DNA of 64,000 nucleotides from Hydrolagus colliei (Eukaryota), in contig CM068749.1 of the NCBI GenBank assembly GCA_035084275.1, forward strand, positions 13,392,001 through 13,456,000, written 5' to 3'. Made by a program: the position numbers and the translations under genes. The notes under the pieces are model-generated. The model was not told where the DNA came from. It saw only the letters and a program-made list of their open reading frames with translations, and ran no database searches. How positions within the stretch are numbered: position 1 is the stretch's first letter; the number at the start of each line of letters is the position of its first letter. This document shows, in pieces, positions 13,244-28,200 of this stretch.

Positions 13244-16200
13244 GTAAGTTTAAATTGCCTAATTTATCTCTTCTGTACGGGACTGTATTCAGATACAAGA
13301 AACACACCTTCCCGAAAGAATATTACTGTAGCTCCCTGCACATGAGTTTGTAAACTTATTGAGAGCTGATCAAATGGTCTGACAGTGGACTGCATTAAAA
13401 CTCATTCGTTTTCGTTTGTGAAACAGAATATTTCATTGGATATTTCCCATATATACAGTGCTGCACATGCAATTGTTTCTTTGAAGTCGTTTGTTACCAG
13501 AGGGTAAGAAATACCTCCTGGTTGCTAAGGTTGTTGCTGTGATCGCTTGTGTGTCTGCGGACTGTGGAGTTCTAGAGAGGGTCAGACTTTATGGTAGAAG
13601 CTGCAATGCTCAGGCTCAAATATACCCAAAATAGCAAATCCACCCCAAATAAAAGTTTCACATCTCGCCTGGGTGGCCGGTCACTCATGAAAAGGAATAG
13701 ATTAAATTAAATCAATTCTAGGAATTTACCGGTGAAAGACTATGTAACTCCCCTTGCCACCACCCCCACCCCTCCACACCCACCCCCCCATCCTGCCAAA
13801 TAGGCGTCATACAGTTGAAGTATTATTAAGAAAACAAGCTTTCAAAACTATATTCCACTCACTTTTCGCCTATGTCCTTTTTTATTTTAACATGAATTGT
13901 TCAAACGTTGATATTTTGATACATTTACTGTTAAAACTTTGAGTTTATTTCTAAAAAAAATTACCTTTTCACTGTTTTATTTCTCATTTTAAAAAAATCA
14001 GTGTTAGTAATTCCAGAGCAAGTGTTTGGAGATACTGAAGTTTTAATTACTTTTTATATAAATTACTAATGTATTGCATAAATAAAGGACCTGCTATTAG
14101 TTCAGGTCCTGATAAGATCCCTCTTTGCAGCGGCTGTATAACCTGTATCCACTATGCATACCCAATAGGACCTCTTACTAATGATGGTTTTTAAGGCTTT
14201 CAGTTCATTATAGTGCTGTATTAACGAGTTACTTGTCCTTTCTTATCTCTGACCTCAGGATTCTACTCCTTAGTTTATCAAACAAGATCCTGGATTTAGT
14301 TGTTTCCCTGGTTTTAGTGTGTTCATATGATTGGAGTACAGCTTCCAATTGCATTACCTAACCACTATTTTAACTTTCCAATTGTCTTATTAACTACTGA
14401 CCCTTATTAACTTACCATTGTTTGATTTTTCCTAAATCATTTTTACAATTTTGTAATAGCTAACCTTTTTATAAAAAAAGAGAGTGTTTGGCAAAACCTG
14501 ACATATTTTCCAAAAGCACGAAAGGATATTGCATTTGCCTGCAAACCATGAGATGAGTTGCTAAATGGATTGACTGTGGACATGTAGAAAATCTTCCTAT
14601 CCCACTGTCTCCTGAGAACAATGGTGTGAAATCCCCTCTCCCTTGTCTTCCTGTAGCCACTTTCCTTTGATAATACTTTGTATTCTGAACAGATTACATA
14701 CAGTAAAGGGACAGCCATAGAAACAATTGTTATACACCGTCACTATACTTGAAGGATTTTCTTGTCTTTAATTCCTACTGACCTGTAATAAGAATGTATG
14801 GTTGCAAACATGTTATCGATTCGATAACAACTTTTAAAAGAGAATTAGATCTTTATTTAGGGAGAACAGGTCTGTTAGGTTATGGGGAGAGAGCAGTACA
14901 GTGGGATTGAGTTGCTCTTTTCAAAGAACTGGCACAGACGAGATGCGACAAATGGCCTCCTTTTGTGCCGTAAAATTCTATGATTCTATGAAACCATATA
15001 AGCCCTATTTATAAAGAACCACTGTGTCATCTGGGTTGCTATTTCTTCTCAAATTCACTCATGTCCTGTCTCCTCAACTGTGGTGGATTTTTATGCAGCA
15101 ATAAAAAGAAAAATGACACCTTGACTTCAGTGTGAACCAATGTGACAAAAACTATTTGCATTTAAATAGTGCCCTGAACATAAATGAATGTGTCGGAGTG
15201 TTCATATTAATTGAAGAGCATTATTCAATGAATCTTTTACCACTATTTTCTAGCAAATAGTAACAATACCTCTGCGCATGTAACATATAATTCCATGCAC
15301 AGTGTTGGCTAACCATTATGGAGAATGATTTGCCTATACTGTTCATATTTCGATGTAATTAAAGGCTTCTTAAAAAATAGAGCTGTAGTGCCACCTAATG
15401 TTAGACTTATAGAATTCTACAGTGTAGAGGAGGAGCATTTTGCCTATTGTACTTACTTTCTCTGAAACAACAACTTGGATTTATATAGCGCCCTCCATGC
15501 CAGACAGCATCTCAGAGCGCTTGAAACAGGTATCACAAGATAATAAAAGATGCTCGGCCCATTTGATCTCCTTTCAGAATACCCAGCCCATTTAGTCCGA
15601 CTTCTGTGCCCATTTTCCTATACCCTGTTGTATATATAATTGCCGTGATTTATTTTGAAAAAGTGGGTCTTTTTATTTAAAGTATGCTATTGGTCATTTT
15701 TCATTCTGCATTCAACAGAATTTTAAGTCAGGATTATCCTTTGCTTTAGGAGTTCTTTCACCACATTGCTTTGTAAGGACAGTGAAAGAATACTGGAACT
15801 GTAGTTAAACAAGACATCTGGGTCACAATCTATTCAGTTTCTTACCAATCTCACAGTTTGTGGCGTTGAAGTTTTAACACAACCTTAGGTGAAAATAATC
15901 TATTTAGACTATACTCAAATATAATCGTTGAATTATAACACCATTGTATTGGTGTACAACATGTGAGACGTTAATATACAAGGTGTGCAAATTACAAGTC
16001 ACGTCAAATTTGTCTTGTTGTTTTACAGAGTTTGCCATCACAAAGATATCGTCAATATCATCAACTGAGTTAACTGTTTCATGGACACCTTTTCCCAAAA
16101 TTACCAGTTATATTCTTGACTTGAGGATTGTGAATAACACCAGTATTCCACCGGTTACGAGGGTGGCATATTCATTTCAAACATCTCGAAATATTTATGG

Positions 16201-19200
16201 GTTACGATCTGGAATGCTCTATAATGTGACAATCAAAGCTTTCAGATCCTTCCCTGTGGTTGCCATTGCTTGGAAGACAGGAAGAACAGGTAATAAGATC
16301 TTCACGTTCTTAAAAGCGTTTAGGAAAAGAATGAAAAGAAAAGAATCCCCATCATTTGTATTAGAGATGAGTACACTCCACACATCTGTCTTTTGTGTAA
16401 GACTGTCTTAACTCTCTAATGACAAGGTGACCGCCATGCAGTGATGACTCGTGTATTTTACTGAAGCTTGCCCAACAGGCTCTAAGGGCAGCTCTCTATT
16501 GGCAGAAGTTCGCAAGTTCTGGGTGATTGCGATTTCCTGTGGAAACTTGCAAGATCGTTGGTTACAACACTGGAGAAATAGCGCCAAAGAACCTGAAATA
16601 CTTTCAATATTCCGGACAGGTGCAAAAAAATAGTTGGCCAACAAAACTGAGTCATGCTGGATCAATTTGTTTCCAAAATAAAGACCAGTCTGATAGGGTA
16701 TGTGCTATCAGTGGAGCATTACCTCTGATGACTTTTCAGACACCCATTGGGCAAAAACGAATCAAGCCTAGAAAATAAGTATTAAACAAAACAATATTGC
16801 TCCCACAGCTACAATTTACAATACAAATACACCAGGCTTCAAAAACATCAGGCATCAGATGTGATCCAAAAGAAGGGTGACACCACTTTGCAGGAGCAGT
16901 GTGCTGGTGAACTCAACAGCTTGCGTCCTCACCCGTACCAAGTTCCGCGACCACATCACTCCCACCCTCGCCAGGCTGCATTGGCTCCCGATCCCCCAGG
17001 GGATCAAATTCAAGATCCTCATCCTTACTTTCAAGGCCATTCACGGCCTTGCCCTCTCCTACCTTTCTGACCTAATGTGCCCCTATTATCCTCCACACCC
17101 CCTCCATTCAGTGGGCTCCGGCCTGCTCCATGTCCCCCACCCGACCCACCCTAGCATCAGCAGATGGACTTTCAGCCTCTCTACCCCCACACTCTGGAAC
17201 TCCATCCCACAGTCCCTTTGCCTCGCTCCCTCCCTTGCCTCCTTCAAGATTGGTCTCGAGACCCTCCTCTTCAATTGTGCCTTCTGCTGCCCTCCCAAAT
17301 CTTTCCCTCCACTCCTAACTCTCTTCCACCCCTCTCCCCCCTACCCTGCCCCTCTCCCTTGCTCGGGTCCCGACCTGACTGTTCAGCCCCTTGGGACGTC
17401 CTCCCGACATGAAAGATGCCCTATAAATTTTATTTTGTTGTTGTGTTAAATGTCAAATGATTGCAAATTCAATCCTGTCATACTTGTGTCTGGCAGTAGT
17501 TAGCACATTAAAGATTTAACCTCATCATTTTAAATTAATTTTTAGCGCAAAATATGAAAATCGTATCCTACAGTTACATTATGCCTACGCGTTAGCAATT
17601 GTCTGTTGACTAACTTTTTAAAATCTTTTTATTTGTAAAGTGCCGAGAGGACCAACGATCGTCAGTTTGGCATCAAATGCAAGTTCATTTATCACTGCTG
17701 AATGGACAAGTGTAGTGGGAGCAGATTATTACATTCTGAATTTGAAATCCAAGGCCAGCGAATATAATTTTTCTTTTTATGATACCGAGGGAATTGCCAC
17801 AAAGTTGCACTCAGCCACTATCTACAATGTTGTCGTCTTTGCAGCAAATTCAGCTGGTGTTAGCTATCCTAGCAGAATGAAGCAAGTTGTTACGAGTAAG
17901 TTCCATTCACTTCTTCCAGATTTAAACAAAAACTCCAGTTAAAAATAAAATCCAGCCCAAATGCTATAAGACTTGCATGTACAGTACTGTACTTTACTTT
18001 GCTTAGTTTACAATTTAACATTAGAGGCATGTGTAAGCAAAATGTATCCATTAAACCATTGGGAATAACAAAGCTTCTATAATATTATTTACTATATGTT
18101 TATTATTTAGTGAAAACATATTATAGTTTGAACAATTAAATATGATTTCACTTTTCTCGTTACAGTGATAAGACCTCCAAATGACTTCAGAGCTACAGCT
18201 GTTAACCAAAGAACTGTCAACCTAGAATGGGATCCATTGCCTAGAGCATTGAAATTTGGCATCACTGTGTACACAAATTCCAAAGAAGTGGCCATAATAT
18301 CAAAAGAAACATTTAATAATTTCATACAACTATCAGGACTTGAACTCTGTACCCAATACACCATTACACTGAAGTCAATGAATGATTTTGGCCTTTTTGG
18401 TGAAGGCACTTCACTATATTATGCAACTGAAAGTAAGTAATATGTACAATTTGTTTTGCACTCTATGATGAAGTGACTTTATTGCATTATATATTGAATA
18501 ATATATTGGAATGTATTATTCAAACTTAGTTAATGTTCCTCAAAGCAACACAGTCTACATTTGCTATCCTGGAGCTAATGAGCTGTGAAATTTACTGTGA
18601 CCACACCATTTACTGACTCAAACATACAGAGGTCTCCTCAGACATTTTTTTATTTGCCTCTATTGACCTCCAGGCTGGACAGGAATGCCTGATTTTGATA
18701 TGCAGTTTGCTGAACTCAGGTGTTTCATATATTGTCAGTTTCACTTCTTAATCAGATGATTTTAATTTGAGATCAAAATAAATGATCGATTTCTTTGTGA
18801 ATTTCTTTCTCCACAGCCTTGAAACCAGTAGTTAATCTGGAAGCAGTTTACAATTGCACTGGGGGTTTAGTGGAAGTATCATGGCATGCAAATCCCCTGG
18901 CAACATCTTACAAAGCAATTGCTAGAAGCGAAAGAGGTGTCACTAAGCATTGTACATCATCAACAACCAACTGTAGAATAAATGGCCTCCATTGCCACGA
19001 AAAATATGCCGTAACAGTTGTGGCAGAGAACCACGACTGCACTGGTGCCGAAAGTCACAGTGTTGCATTTGATACTGGTATGTTTTATTCAATCAGCAGA
19101 TGTTTCATTATGTTGTACTTATTTTTTAGCAAGTTAACCTGTACACTAATTGTTTTGTGGAAGCATGCTTGTTTTCTTACGGGAGGTACTACCCACAATT

Positions 19201-22200
19201 TTGAAACAATGGTTTATTTCTTCCATTTGTGGACATTGTGTGAGCCCACAACAAGCGGTAGTGTGTTTTAATACATCACGTCGTCCATCACAGTCACATT
19301 TCAGCATGAACAATTTGGCACAGTTTCATCGAATCTCAATAATGCTCTCAAAGTTTGGTGATTCTACCATGGCTCAAACAGTAGAGCTGGTTTGTTGGTG
19401 GCAGAGCATTGTTTCAGCTCCAGTCTATTGCTTCAGGCGATTAAAAGCAAAATATTGATATTTGTAATAATTTGTAATTATTGTAGAATCGTAGAAATAT
19501 ACAGAACTGTAGGAGGCCATGTGGCCCATGAGACCACACCGACTTTCACAGGAAGGTAATCAATCAATCCCACTGCCCTACCTTATCCCCATAACGCTTC
19601 AAGTTGGTAACCTTCATATATTTTATATGAAACACTGTGACGAGAGCATAGAACTAGGGCATTTACCACAACTGATCCATGCTGGTTAGAATGTTTATAC
19701 TTCACTCTCGTACATCCCTATTCTCTTCTCACTTCATGTATGGGTGATTTGACTAATTGAAGTTTATTTTGTACCTGATTGATAACTATTATTTTCCTTT
19801 GTCATTCTTACAGAACCTTGTGCTCCTCAGAGTTTGCAAATATCTCGTGACTGCCACGTTAACAGTGTGCAAATCTCCTGGACTGCCAGCATGGGTGCCC
19901 TCTTTTACCGAGTAAATCTATGGTCATCTGACGGAATAAAAGATCAGTGTCACACAAGGGGGATCTCCTGTTTATTTCCCTCTCTACCGTGTGGACGGAA
20001 TTTCAAATTGAATGCATTGGCCATATCAAGCAGCAGCTGTCACAGCAACGTCAGTGACACAGTTGAAATAAACACAGGTAATAACCAACCCACAGCAAGC
20101 AGTTCATGTAAAGTTTGGGATTTCATGGTGGAGCCTCACTTCAAAACTGAGTTAGGTTAATTTGCGCCGGACAACTATTTAATAAGTAAGATTCCATCTT
20201 AGAGATGGAATCATCATGATCTTCCATCAACTTAGAGATGTGCTCAAGTTACTTCTCAACCAGCCCCCAAGGTGCCCTCACAGTGATTCTCCTAACTTCT
20301 CCATCGTTGTTCTGGGAAGGCACCTGCAGTGTAAAGCTCTACCTCAACCTATAAGACTATTTTAAATGCTGTCCCAATCTGCAATCTGGTGCAGATTGGT
20401 GGAAAGCAGTCAACTTCCAAATTAAGAACTGATTAAAGAACTACTGCACTTTTGCACAATTATAATTTGAAAACAAAGACTATGGGGCTTCTGGGTACAT
20501 CCTCAAAGCTGAGATTGGCAACTCAGTAGAGCAAGAAAATAGATTTATATATAACTACATTAGATACAGTATTTTGGAGCTCTGTTTTCATTCTCCCAAC
20601 ACAAAATGCTAGCCCAAATCACGGTATAATAACTGAAGTGAGATCTTGAGGTCTATAAGTTGTCTTTTTCTGGTGTTCCTGCTGTCAGAGAGACTAGTTT
20701 CTATTGAACAGCAGATCCAGACATTATGTTTTATTAAAGATTCTTTATGTACAAGCACGTTGGTCGACTCACCTATTTTGCTTGCTTTCCAGGTCCCTGT
20801 GTACCCCAGCAATTGAAAGCTACCACTGATTGCAAGTCGAACGTAAACATTTTGTGGGAGACAGCAGAAGGAGCCCTGCAGTATGAAATTGAGGTCATCG
20901 GAACTAATCATATGAAATACAACTTCACCACTTCTACCAACGCTTTTGCACTCCACAATTTGCCATGTGGGACTGGTTTTGTTATATTTGTTAGTGCTAA
21001 CAATAATGAATGCAACAGTGGTAAATCTTATTATGCCATTGCAGAAACAGGTACAGTACAGCATAGATGATTTTTGTCCCATTTGACTAGCAGTTGCCGT
21101 TGTTTGGCATTTACAGATTTAGATTTGAAAGCCTTGTCTGTTTTTATATCATTCCAAACATGTGTTTTCCTCTTCTACAGAGCCCTGCACCCCTGAGAGT
21201 GTCACTGCTCAGATGAACTGTAATACTAACATAGCAACTGTTCTATGGAGAAAGTATGATGGTGCATTCATTCACTCGGTCGTTGCTGAGGGAATTAATG
21301 GAGATCAATTTACGTGTTTGGGAGGTGATACGACCTGCCAGCTACAAGGACTGAGCTGTGGCGAGATATACGTTGCTACAGTCATTGCTGTTAATTTGAA
21401 TTGCAACAGTTCCCAAAGTGCTCCTGTCAATATTCAAACAGGTGATTCTCTCCTGCAAGTTAAAAATGAAAATCTACATTTGTTCTGAAGAGGCTGAATA
21501 TCCCATTCATTCTGTGATCAGAGATGGGAAAATCGTATTTGGAGTTTAAAAAAACATAGAATAGTCGGATGCAGATGGACTGAAATTCTGTTCAGCTTTA
21601 CCTAGATCAATAGGCCTCCTGCTTCTCCCTTGTGCCCTCCATTCCACCATCTGTGGGCTGCACTTTGAGCCACTATGCCCCAAAACTCTGGAATACTTTC
21701 CCTCTATCCCTCTACTTTGTCCCTCCTTCCCCATTTTCAGATCACGCCTAAAGGCCTTCATCTTTGACCATGTCTATGGCCACCTCCTGCTTCCACCCGA
21801 CTGGGCATTGTGCTCTGCCACTGTCGAGTGCTCTGGGAAGCTACCTTGCATGAGGAGCGGTATATAAATGCAAGTTCTTGTTGTTGTTATAATATTGGTT
21901 GCAAATGGGATTCCAGCATTGAAAATTCTGGTTTGATCCTTAATTGAGCACTACTAAAAGCATTAAGTGCATTGCCAAATGGAATCTCAGCCCAAAGAGT
22001 TTTAAATATTTTATTACTTTGTAGCAAAGGTTCTTTGCAACAATCTTTAGATTGGCTTTTTATCTGCACTGATTTCAATAGAGTAATTTAGTTCTGTTTT
22101 AGCCATTCTTTAATATTTCAAACACTCCTCCCCCTCCCCCCATACCACCTCACCCCAACCGAAATCTGTAACTCAGTACAAAATGGCTTGAAACGTGCAC

Positions 22201-25200
22201 TGAATTGTTAGAATGAGAGGAGGATTTATGCCACAAATTCAAGTCCTTGGGTTCAATTCCAGGCAGGGAGAAACTTTTTGCAAATTTCCTTACTCCACAC
22301 ACCTAATAATAATCCCTCATTTGAAAAAAAACAATAATAAATTTGTAATTTTAATCTGTGACTGTTTGTGGGACACTGCAGTGCGGAATTGGCTGCCGCA
22401 TTTCGCCCACATATATTCAGTCAATTAACTTTAGAGTATATTCTGTGAAGCACTTTGAGAAGTCTAGAAGATGTGAAAAGCGCTATATCAAATGCAAGGA
22501 TTATTATTATTGTATAAATTCGACTGGCCAGCCTACCTCAGAATCCCTAAGTGCTAAAGAATAGAAAGAAGAGTGTTACATCATAGAGACTGTACTTCTG
22601 CCCGAGCTTCATTACACAGTTGTTGTTTACTTCAATATTTAATTCAATATTAAATGGGGACAGTGATTGATTTTCCACTCAAGAAACGTTTGTACAAAAA
22701 GCTATCTCTTAGCTCCATATTATCCCCAAGACATAGATGCTTACATTAACTGCGGTAATAATTCCGCTTTGCTGTCTATTTAAAAAGGTTTCATTAACAT
22801 TCCTCTCTCTGTATCGCAGTGCCATGTGTTCCACAGAATGTGATAGCACATCAGGACTGTACTGCAAACACTGTTTCAGTATCGTGGAGTTCCAGTGCTG
22901 GGGCAGTGACATACACAGCAGCAGCTGCAGCACCCGAAAGTGATGGAGTGAAATATTCATGTAACACAACACAAGATAACTGTGAAATTACAAATCTCCC
23001 ATGTGGCCAGGAATACTCTATTACTGTAACAGCGTCTGATGAACAGTGTCGTAGCGGTAATAGCCCTGCCATCCACATTGAAACAGGTATTGAATTAGCT
23101 CTGGGAAGCAGAAGTAATTCTGCGAGGTGAATGACAGTATTTATTATTTTGTTGTTGGAGACAACATTAAAAAAAACTACGGTTTATAATTTCATCTATT
23201 TTCTTCAGATAATATGCGATCTTAATAAACTTTAAAAAATATATAACACATGAATGTTTGCAGTGTAATTTGTCTAGCTCTGTAAAATATGCTATTTGGA
23301 AAAATGTTTATCTCTTCAGGAGCATTCAATGTAATTATTTCTTGTCTTGGTTTATTTTCCTCTCCTTGCATCAAGGTGAACCAGCCACGGGTTGCATGGC
23401 ACAGAATGTATATGGTTATTTGAACTGTGGCAATAATACTGTCTCCATGTCATGGGCAAACAATAATGGAATCAACTTATTCATACTAACGGTAGAAGGA
23501 AATCACGGACACACAACTTCACTCAGCACGGCAGAGACACACGCTGAGATCACAGGCCTGAAGTGTGGTCAGAAGTATAATGTAATCATAAAATCAGACG
23601 ATGTGGCATGCGACAACTCAAGAGGCTCAGCGTTTATGACTGAGACAGGTACTGCAACATCCTCTGAACATTTAGTTAGAACAAGTTATGAGGAGGGGTG
23701 GTTGAGGCCAGGATAGTGAACTCATTCAAGACACAGATGTAATACCGAATGCTAAAACAAAAGTTAAGTTGCAATTCAGGAAGGTTAAAGGCCAAAAGGC
23801 ATTTAAACTTTTGTGAACTCATGATCCTTTTGCAAATGGTACATGGCAAGCATAGGTGTATGAAAGATAGCCCTTTGAATTGATATGAATTGTCTGCTTG
23901 TGAACATGTTTTGTAACCTTGGGCTGGCAGAACTCATGTCCCAGTGAAAATATTTACACTCAGATACAGAATGTAGTGTGATGTATTTCTTATCCCAAAT
24001 GTCTCTTTGATTTTTCTGTGTGTTTGAGCAGTCCCGTGCCCTCCCAAGAATGTGTCAGCTCGACAGGACTGTGCCACTAAGATTACCTCTGTATTGTGGG
24101 ATCTCAGTGATGAGGCAGTGTCTTATAGAGCAGTGGCAGAAGGGAGTGATGGAACAATGCATTGGTGTAACACAACAGACACAAACTGTAATATCCCAAA
24201 TCTACATTGTGGCCATGAATATATTATAACTGTAAGAGCATTCGGTGAAAAGTGCACAAGCAACCAAAGCAACATCTACCAACTTAAAACAGGTACAACA
24301 TTACCTTGGAAAAATACGTATTTCAATGAGATTAATGGTATTGTTTATTATTAGGTTCAATATAATGCAAAAATATAGAATCAGTGATTTAACAACAACA
24401 TCAAATTACATTTATATTGTGGCCTTTCACGCTAGATAAAGATGTTCCAAGGCTCTGGACAGTCAAAAGTTTGCAGCTGAGCTGGGTGTTGGAATTAAGA
24501 GGGTTGGAGGGCAAGGAGCAGTTGAGGTGTGAAAGTGGCTGACAACATAAGCAAAGAGTAAGGCCTGAGATGGGCTTTGATGAAGACAATGGAGGGTGCG
24601 AGAGGAAGGGATGAAGTTCCATAGGGTGGGATAGAAAAGGCTGAAGGCCCGACTGCTGATGGTGGGGCAGGAAGTGAGCGAGAGATAGATTTGATAGATT
24701 TTGTTAAGACGACGTGAAAGCTTTTGTAGTGGAGTACCTGGATAATTTGAGAAAGCAACAGCAACTAAAATTTAACTTCTATTTTTCCAGGCTGTGGACG
24801 TGCTATTGCAAAGAGCTTCCATGTAATTTTTTTTTGCCTCTGTTAATTTCTCCCTTTCTGTTGCACTAAATCAGTCTTGGAATGCATGCCACAATATGAA
24901 GTCTGGCTATTTGAGCTGTGACAGTGATACGGTCTTTGTGTTGTGGGCAAACAATAATGACATTGCATCATACACGGTAAAGGCAGAAGGGAATCTCGGA
25001 CACACGGCTTCACTCATCACGACAAAGACACACGCTGAGATGACAGGCCTGCAGTGTGGTCAAAAGTACAATATAATCATAAAATCAGCCAGTGTGGCAT
25101 GCGACAGCTTTCAGGGCTCAGAGTTTATGACTGAAACAGATACTGTAACAGCATTTAAGTATTCACAAGCATTTGTTTCAAAAGGAATAATTAATAGTCC

Positions 25201-28200
25201 TAATAGCTAAATAATTTGTCACTTTTTCATTCATGTCATTTACATTTCCGTATTTGTTATGCACAGAGAATGTGTTGGATGTGAAAGTGTAGAATTATTG
25301 CCACGGCTCTGCCCTTCGCAACCATTTCTTTGGCAATTTCTTTTAATCTTTTTCCCATTTTAAAATGTCTCCCTTTTGGTTCTCCTCCTTTGGTCTGTAG
25401 AGCCGTGCGCACCCCAGAATGTGATGATGCATCCAGAGTGTCCCAACACTGATGCCACAATATCATGGAATTCCAGTGCCGGCGCTGTGTCGTACACAGC
25501 AGTGGCAGAAGGGAGATATGGAGTGATTCATTCATGTAACACAACAAACCCCAAGTGTGAATTTGCAAATCTTCACTGCGGCCAAGAATATTCTGTAACT
25601 GTGAGAGCGTTTGGTGAAAAGTGTGGGAGCCACAAAAGCTCTGCCTTCCTTCTTGAAACAGGTACAGTACTAACACTAAGAAAGTATTTCTTTGAGTTGA
25701 ATGATGCTATTTATTATTTACTGTTAGGTCTAATATTGACAATTTAACAGATTTGCTTTGCATCGTAGTAAAAATTGCTATTGTGACAAACTTGCCCATT
25801 TTAAGATTGAACATTTAAAGTATATTGAACATTTTTCACTTGCTTATAAATACAATGTAAATGCTCACAGTTTGTGACCAAGACAGGTATGTTTACACCT
25901 TCAATAATGTCCATTACACATGTTTTCACTGAGAGCCTTAGTAACAGAACAAATGACCACCAGGCTGATAACTGCAGATTCAGTAATTTGCCTATTTTTT
26001 ACACTCAGTAAATATACCGAACATGACACTTAAGGAATTCATGCTTCCATATGCTGCTGCAAATTTATCATTTGGTTATTAATGAGAAACATTAAATAAT
26101 AATCTTTGCATTCAGTATTCACTTCTTTCACATTGGGTGAACATCTCAAAGAGCTTCCCAGGATATACTTTAATGCCATTGTTTACAATGCACTGTGTTA
26201 TAAAGTATTTCTGTGAGATTAATGATGGTTTTATGATTTAATTTTTATTTGTTAGCATTTTTTATGATAAGGAACTCTATCCTGGAGTCCCTCCCTCTAT
26301 TCAAGGCACATTTCAAAATATATCTCTATGACCTTGGATTTGGTCATTATTCTCCACCGCACACCACTCAACTCCCACCTTTAGCTTTTTGATACATTGT
26401 CCCAATGTGAACAGTGCATATACATATAAATTGTGTTGTATTGTATTATACTGTATTTTACTAAACACTTCAAATAAGTGCAGTCTGAAAAGCTAAAATT
26501 AATTCTTTACCCATTTTTAAAAAAATCTTTGTCTGTTTACAGTGCCATGCATTCCTCAGAATGTCACAGCTCAGCAGGACTGTGTCTCTAAATCTGTCCC
26601 AGTATCATGGATATCTAGTGATGGGGCATTATCATACCAGGCAGTGGCCACAGGCATTGATAAAGCAATACATTTCTGTGATGCACCGAACACTAACTGT
26701 GAAATCACAAATTTACCATGCGGCCGTAATTATTCTGTAACCGTAACAGCAATCAATGCAAAGTGTTCAAGCAACAGGAGTTCCGCCTTTACTTTAAAAA
26801 CAGGTACAGTATTAACACTGAGAAATATATATCTTTGGTGACATGTATGACGTTATTTATTATTATATCCAAAAATAATAAAAAGTAGCTTTTATGGTTT
26901 ACTAGATTTTCATTAGCAGATATTCAACACCAATGTGAAAATCTGGATGAATAGTTCAGGAATGACTAGTCACAATTGCTGTCTTAACATTGTATTGAAT
27001 TTTGTAAAAATGCGATTGTGACATTCTTTGTTAGACTCATGGGTGGGGGGGCTCTTCAATGCCTTCCCCCCCACCCACCGAATATGTTGGAATTCCATCC
27101 CACAATCCCTTTGCCTTGCTCCCTCCCTTGCCCTTTACAAGCCTGGTCTGAATACCCTACTCTTTGACCATGCCTTCAGTTACCCTTCTACCTCACCCCC
27201 ATATCCCCATGTTTGGGTCCAGAACCCTGACTATTCAACACCTTGGGATGTCCTCCTGACATAAAAGGCGCTCTGCAAATGTCATTTTGTTGTTGTTCTC
27301 TTTATTCTTATTTTGGAACACACAATCATTATTTTTACCTTTGTGAATTTCTCTCTCTGTCTATCGCGTTGAATCAGTCTTGGAATGCAAGCCACAGAAC
27401 GTTTCCAGCTATTTGAACTGTGACAATAATACCGTCTACACGTGGTGGTCAGAGACTAATGGAATTGAATCATACAAGATTATGGTAGAAGGGAATCTCG
27501 GACATACAACTTCATTCAATACGACAGGGACACACGCTGAAATCACAGGCCTGCAGTGTGGCCAGAAATATAATGTAACCATAAAATCAGCTAATCTGGC
27601 ATGCAGGAATTCTCAAGGCTCAGAATTTATGACTGAGACAGGTACTGTAACAATCTCAAAACATTTAGCCCAAGTTCATTACAAATTCAATAACCATTAA
27701 CCTTAAACGTAGAACAATTCACCTTGTCTTTGTGCACCTACTGTTTTGATATTTTCTTATACTTAACGTGTGGTATGGAAAATTCACATACAGCGAATTA
27801 GAATTTTGAAAATTTGGGGATTACAGCCGTGTGTTCGCTTGCAGCTATTTTTGTTCAAAAGGATCATTTGTTTTAATTTATTTCCCAAAGATAATGTTTG
27901 TTTAACTTTCCTCTGTCCATTCGCAGTGCCATGTGTTCCCCTGAATGTGAATGCTGATCTGGACTATGCCACTAATGATGCCTCTGTATCGTGGAATCTG
28001 AGGGCTGAGGCTCTGTCATACACAGCAGTGGCACAGGGGAGTGATGAACACATGCATTCATGTCACACACCAAACACTAACTGTGAAATCACAGATCTAC
28101 ACTGTGGCCAGGATTATTCGATAACTGTAAGAGCGTTTGGTGAAAAGTGTGGAAGCAGCAAAAGCTCTGACTTCCACCTTCAAACAGGTACGACATTAAC

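Noticed and set aside
14811-14829. Palindrome tgttatcga-t-tcgataaca
   Set aside because: Only 9-bp arms, at the junction of a CR1 fragment; could be chance or insertion scar.
16855-17449. Overlapping ORFs up to 190 aa, also 52908-53748
   Set aside because: Truncated LINE2 ORF2 remnants and their alternative frames, not host genes.
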